This document shows positions 61,757 through 64,000 of a DNA stretch of 64,000 nucleotides, in pieces. The position numbers and the translations under genes are program-made. This DNA comes from Octopus sinensis (Eukaryota), in assembly GCF_006345805.1 (NCBI RefSeq), contig NC_043019.1, positions 14,507,360 to 14,571,359 on the forward strand, written 5' to 3'. The stretch's first letter is position 1. Every line of letters begins with the position of its first letter. Under the pieces are notes generated by a model. It saw nothing but the letters and a program-made list of their open reading frames with translations, ran no database searches and was not told the origin of the DNA.

Positions 61757-61934
61757 TTAACTCTTTTAGCACTTAAACCAGCTATATCAGGCCCAAATGT
61801 TCTACTTCTCTATGCTGAAACTAACCACATCTGGCCTCTTAAACCTACCCTAAAATGTCATTGGAAAAAATAAATAATCACATTATTGATATCTTGAAGC
61901 TATGTTATAATATATGATTAATTCAAAATCGAAT

Positions 61935-62295
61935 CATTATTATTATTATTTCCCTTCTTTCTTCAAATTTTCTTCCGTTTCTCGCCGAGTGTTTTCCATA
62001 CACCTAGGGCACACAAGGGCATTGTATGCATTCCCAGATTACACATGCAAATTCACAGGTAAAATATGTATTTTAAAAAAATAAATAAATAAATAAATTC
62101 ACGAATGGATGTTGTTTTCACAGCGATTATGCTCTTCTCAGTACATAAGTTGTTCCAGTTAACACGATTTTTTGCACTTCCTGTAGAGATGGTATCTTTT
62201 TCAAATAGGTTTCAGTACCTTTTTTCATCATTCTTAGAGATCCTACTATCACCAGTACTGTAATCGCCTTGAGATGCCACATTTTCTTAATTTAT
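61935..62295 (-). mobile_element. Dong/R4-like retrotransposon 3' end flanked by (ATT)n
   Basis: Minus strand IKKMWHLKAITVLVIVGSLRMMKKGTETYLKKIP..SLQEVQKIVLTGTTYVLRRA resembles the C-terminus of the restriction-like endonuclease domain. Confidence 0.65.
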
Positions 62296-62784
62296 TATTA
62301 TTATTATATAGACATAAATGCAGATATATATTTTACACACACATCGCTCCAGTTCACTTATCTATAGAAATGAATTGCAATGTCACTGGTGCCAAGCTGT
62401 ATCGGCCTTTGCCTTTTCTTTGGATAACATCAGTGGCGCAAGGAGTGGAGGCTGGTATGCATGGGTGACTGCTGGTCTTCCATTAACAACCTTGCCCAGA
62501 CTTGAGCCTCAGAGGGGGGAACTCTCTAGGTGCAATCCCATAGCCATTCAGGACAAAAACTATATAATTGATGTGAGAGATAGTAACAATCCTATAGATG
62601 AAAGTATATTTCACTTGATATATATAAATAAGGGTCCTCTGTGTGTAAGCCAAACTATGTTGAAGGGAAGATAGGGTTGAGCAAGTGTTTTATCTGGTGT
62701 CATGCTGGAGCACCGCCATTCTAAAACACCTCACCTCCCTAAGAAGTTTCACTTCCTACACAGCTATTGCCTTTGAAAACAACG

Positions 62785-63358
62785 CCCCGACTGGCCTCTG
62801 TGCACGTGGCACGTAAAAAGCACCATCCGATCGTGGCCATTGCCAGCCTCGTCTGGCACCTGTGCCGGTGGCACGTAAAATGCACCATCCGATCGTGGCC
62901 ATTGCCAGCCTCGTCTGGCCCCTGTGCCGGTGGCACGTAAAAGGCACCATCTGATCGTGGCCATTGCCAGCCTCGTCTGGCCCCTGTGCCGGTGGCACGT
63001 AAAAGGCACCACCTGATCGTGGCCATTGCCAGCCTCGTCTGGCACCTGTGCCGGTGGCACGTAAAATGCACCATCCGATCGTGGCCATTGCCAGCCTCGT
63101 CTGGTCCCTGTGCCGGTGGCACGTAAAAGGCACCATCTGATCGTGGCCATTGCCAGCCTCGTCTGGCACCTGTGCCGGTGGCACGTAAAAAGCACCCACT
63201 ACACTCTCGGTGTGGTTGGCGTTAGGAAGGGCATCCAGCCGTAGAAACACTGCCAGATCAGACTGGGCCTGGTACAGCCTTCTGGCTTCCCAGACCCCAG
63301 TTGAACCGTCCAACCCATGCTAGCATGGAAAGCGGACGTTAAACGATGATGATGATGA
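62785..63358 (+). mobile_element. RTE 3'UTR fragment with six 62-bp tandem units and (ATG)n tail
   Basis: cacc(a/c) recurs at 62821, 62883, 62945, 63007, 63069, 63131 and 63193 (period 62). Confidence 0.85.
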
Positions 63359-63689
63359 TAGCTTTCTTTAATGATAATCCTATTAACTCTTTACTTCCTT
63401 TCCGGGTGTGTATCATTCTACCTGTTACCATTTCATTACTTTCCTTAAACTCTTCTTACTCCCTTTTTTTTATCAGTGTCTAAATAAATGTCACTCATCT
63501 TCACTGTGGCCACTCCTAAAGAGTTCTGATTTAGGTGGAGATACTGTGTAACTCAAATAATCGGGGTTGGTCATGGCCATTCAGTCAAGTACTTATCATA
63601 CACCCACCATCCCAAAAATGATTTGACTTTCATCTTCTTCAGAGTTTGATAAAATATGCAAAGTATGAAACCTATATATATATATATAT

Positions 63690-64000
63690 CACCGTGATCA
63701 CCATGACCGACCAGGCTATCAGATGTTGCTACACATCGCTGGTCACAATGCGCTTTGCATTGTTTTGGCCTTCAAATGACGCCACCCTGCTGGCTAAGCG
63801 AACAGGCCAACAGAAGAAAGTGTGAGAGAAAGCTGTGGCGAAAGAGTACAGTAGGGATCGCCACCACCCCCTGCCGCAGCCTCGTGGAGTTTTAGGTGTT
63901 TTCGCTCAATAAACACTCACAATGCCCGGTCTGGGAATCGAAACCGCGATCCTACAACCATGAATCCACTGCCCTAACCACTGGACCATTGCACCTCCAC
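63690..64000 (-). mobile_element. tRNA-derived SINE with a family C head
   Basis: Reverse complement begins gtggaggtgcaatggtccagtggttagggcag...gtttcgattcccagaccggg. Confidence 0.75.

Overview
Eukaryotic, AT-rich and very repeat-dense DNA. The SINE families and microsatellite load resemble an octopus (coleoid cephalopod) genome; this is an inference. Two host genes are supported. (1) The 3' end of a GT-B fucosyltransferase-superfamily gene (+, 3-641). (2) Five coding exons of a CDR2/CDR2L (cerebellar degeneration-related protein 2) homologue on the minus strand: 30545-30433, 27469-27321, 18541-18229, 17007-16783 and 14079-13558. All its introns are GT-AG with compatible phases, and the first exon was not found. 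The rest consists of tRNA-derived SINEs, LINE relics (RTE, CR1, Dong/R4, Penelope), MITEs, a dead DDE transposase and micro/minisatellites, including a 5.7-kb array of a 66-bp unit. Most interesting are: several Penelope-like fold-back elements in (TA)n tracts carrying minimal hammerhead-ribozyme folds with non-canonical cores (a G3-C8 swap; A6U) and compensatory stem changes between copies; one RTE 3'UTR motif that has seeded tandem arrays with 26-, 62-, 63- and 66-bp units; a twin-priming-type inverted RTE insertion with a TSD; and a compound piggyBac-type MITE dimer present three times. Almost all long ORFs in the track are repeat artefacts. Repeat boundaries were read by eye and are approximate.
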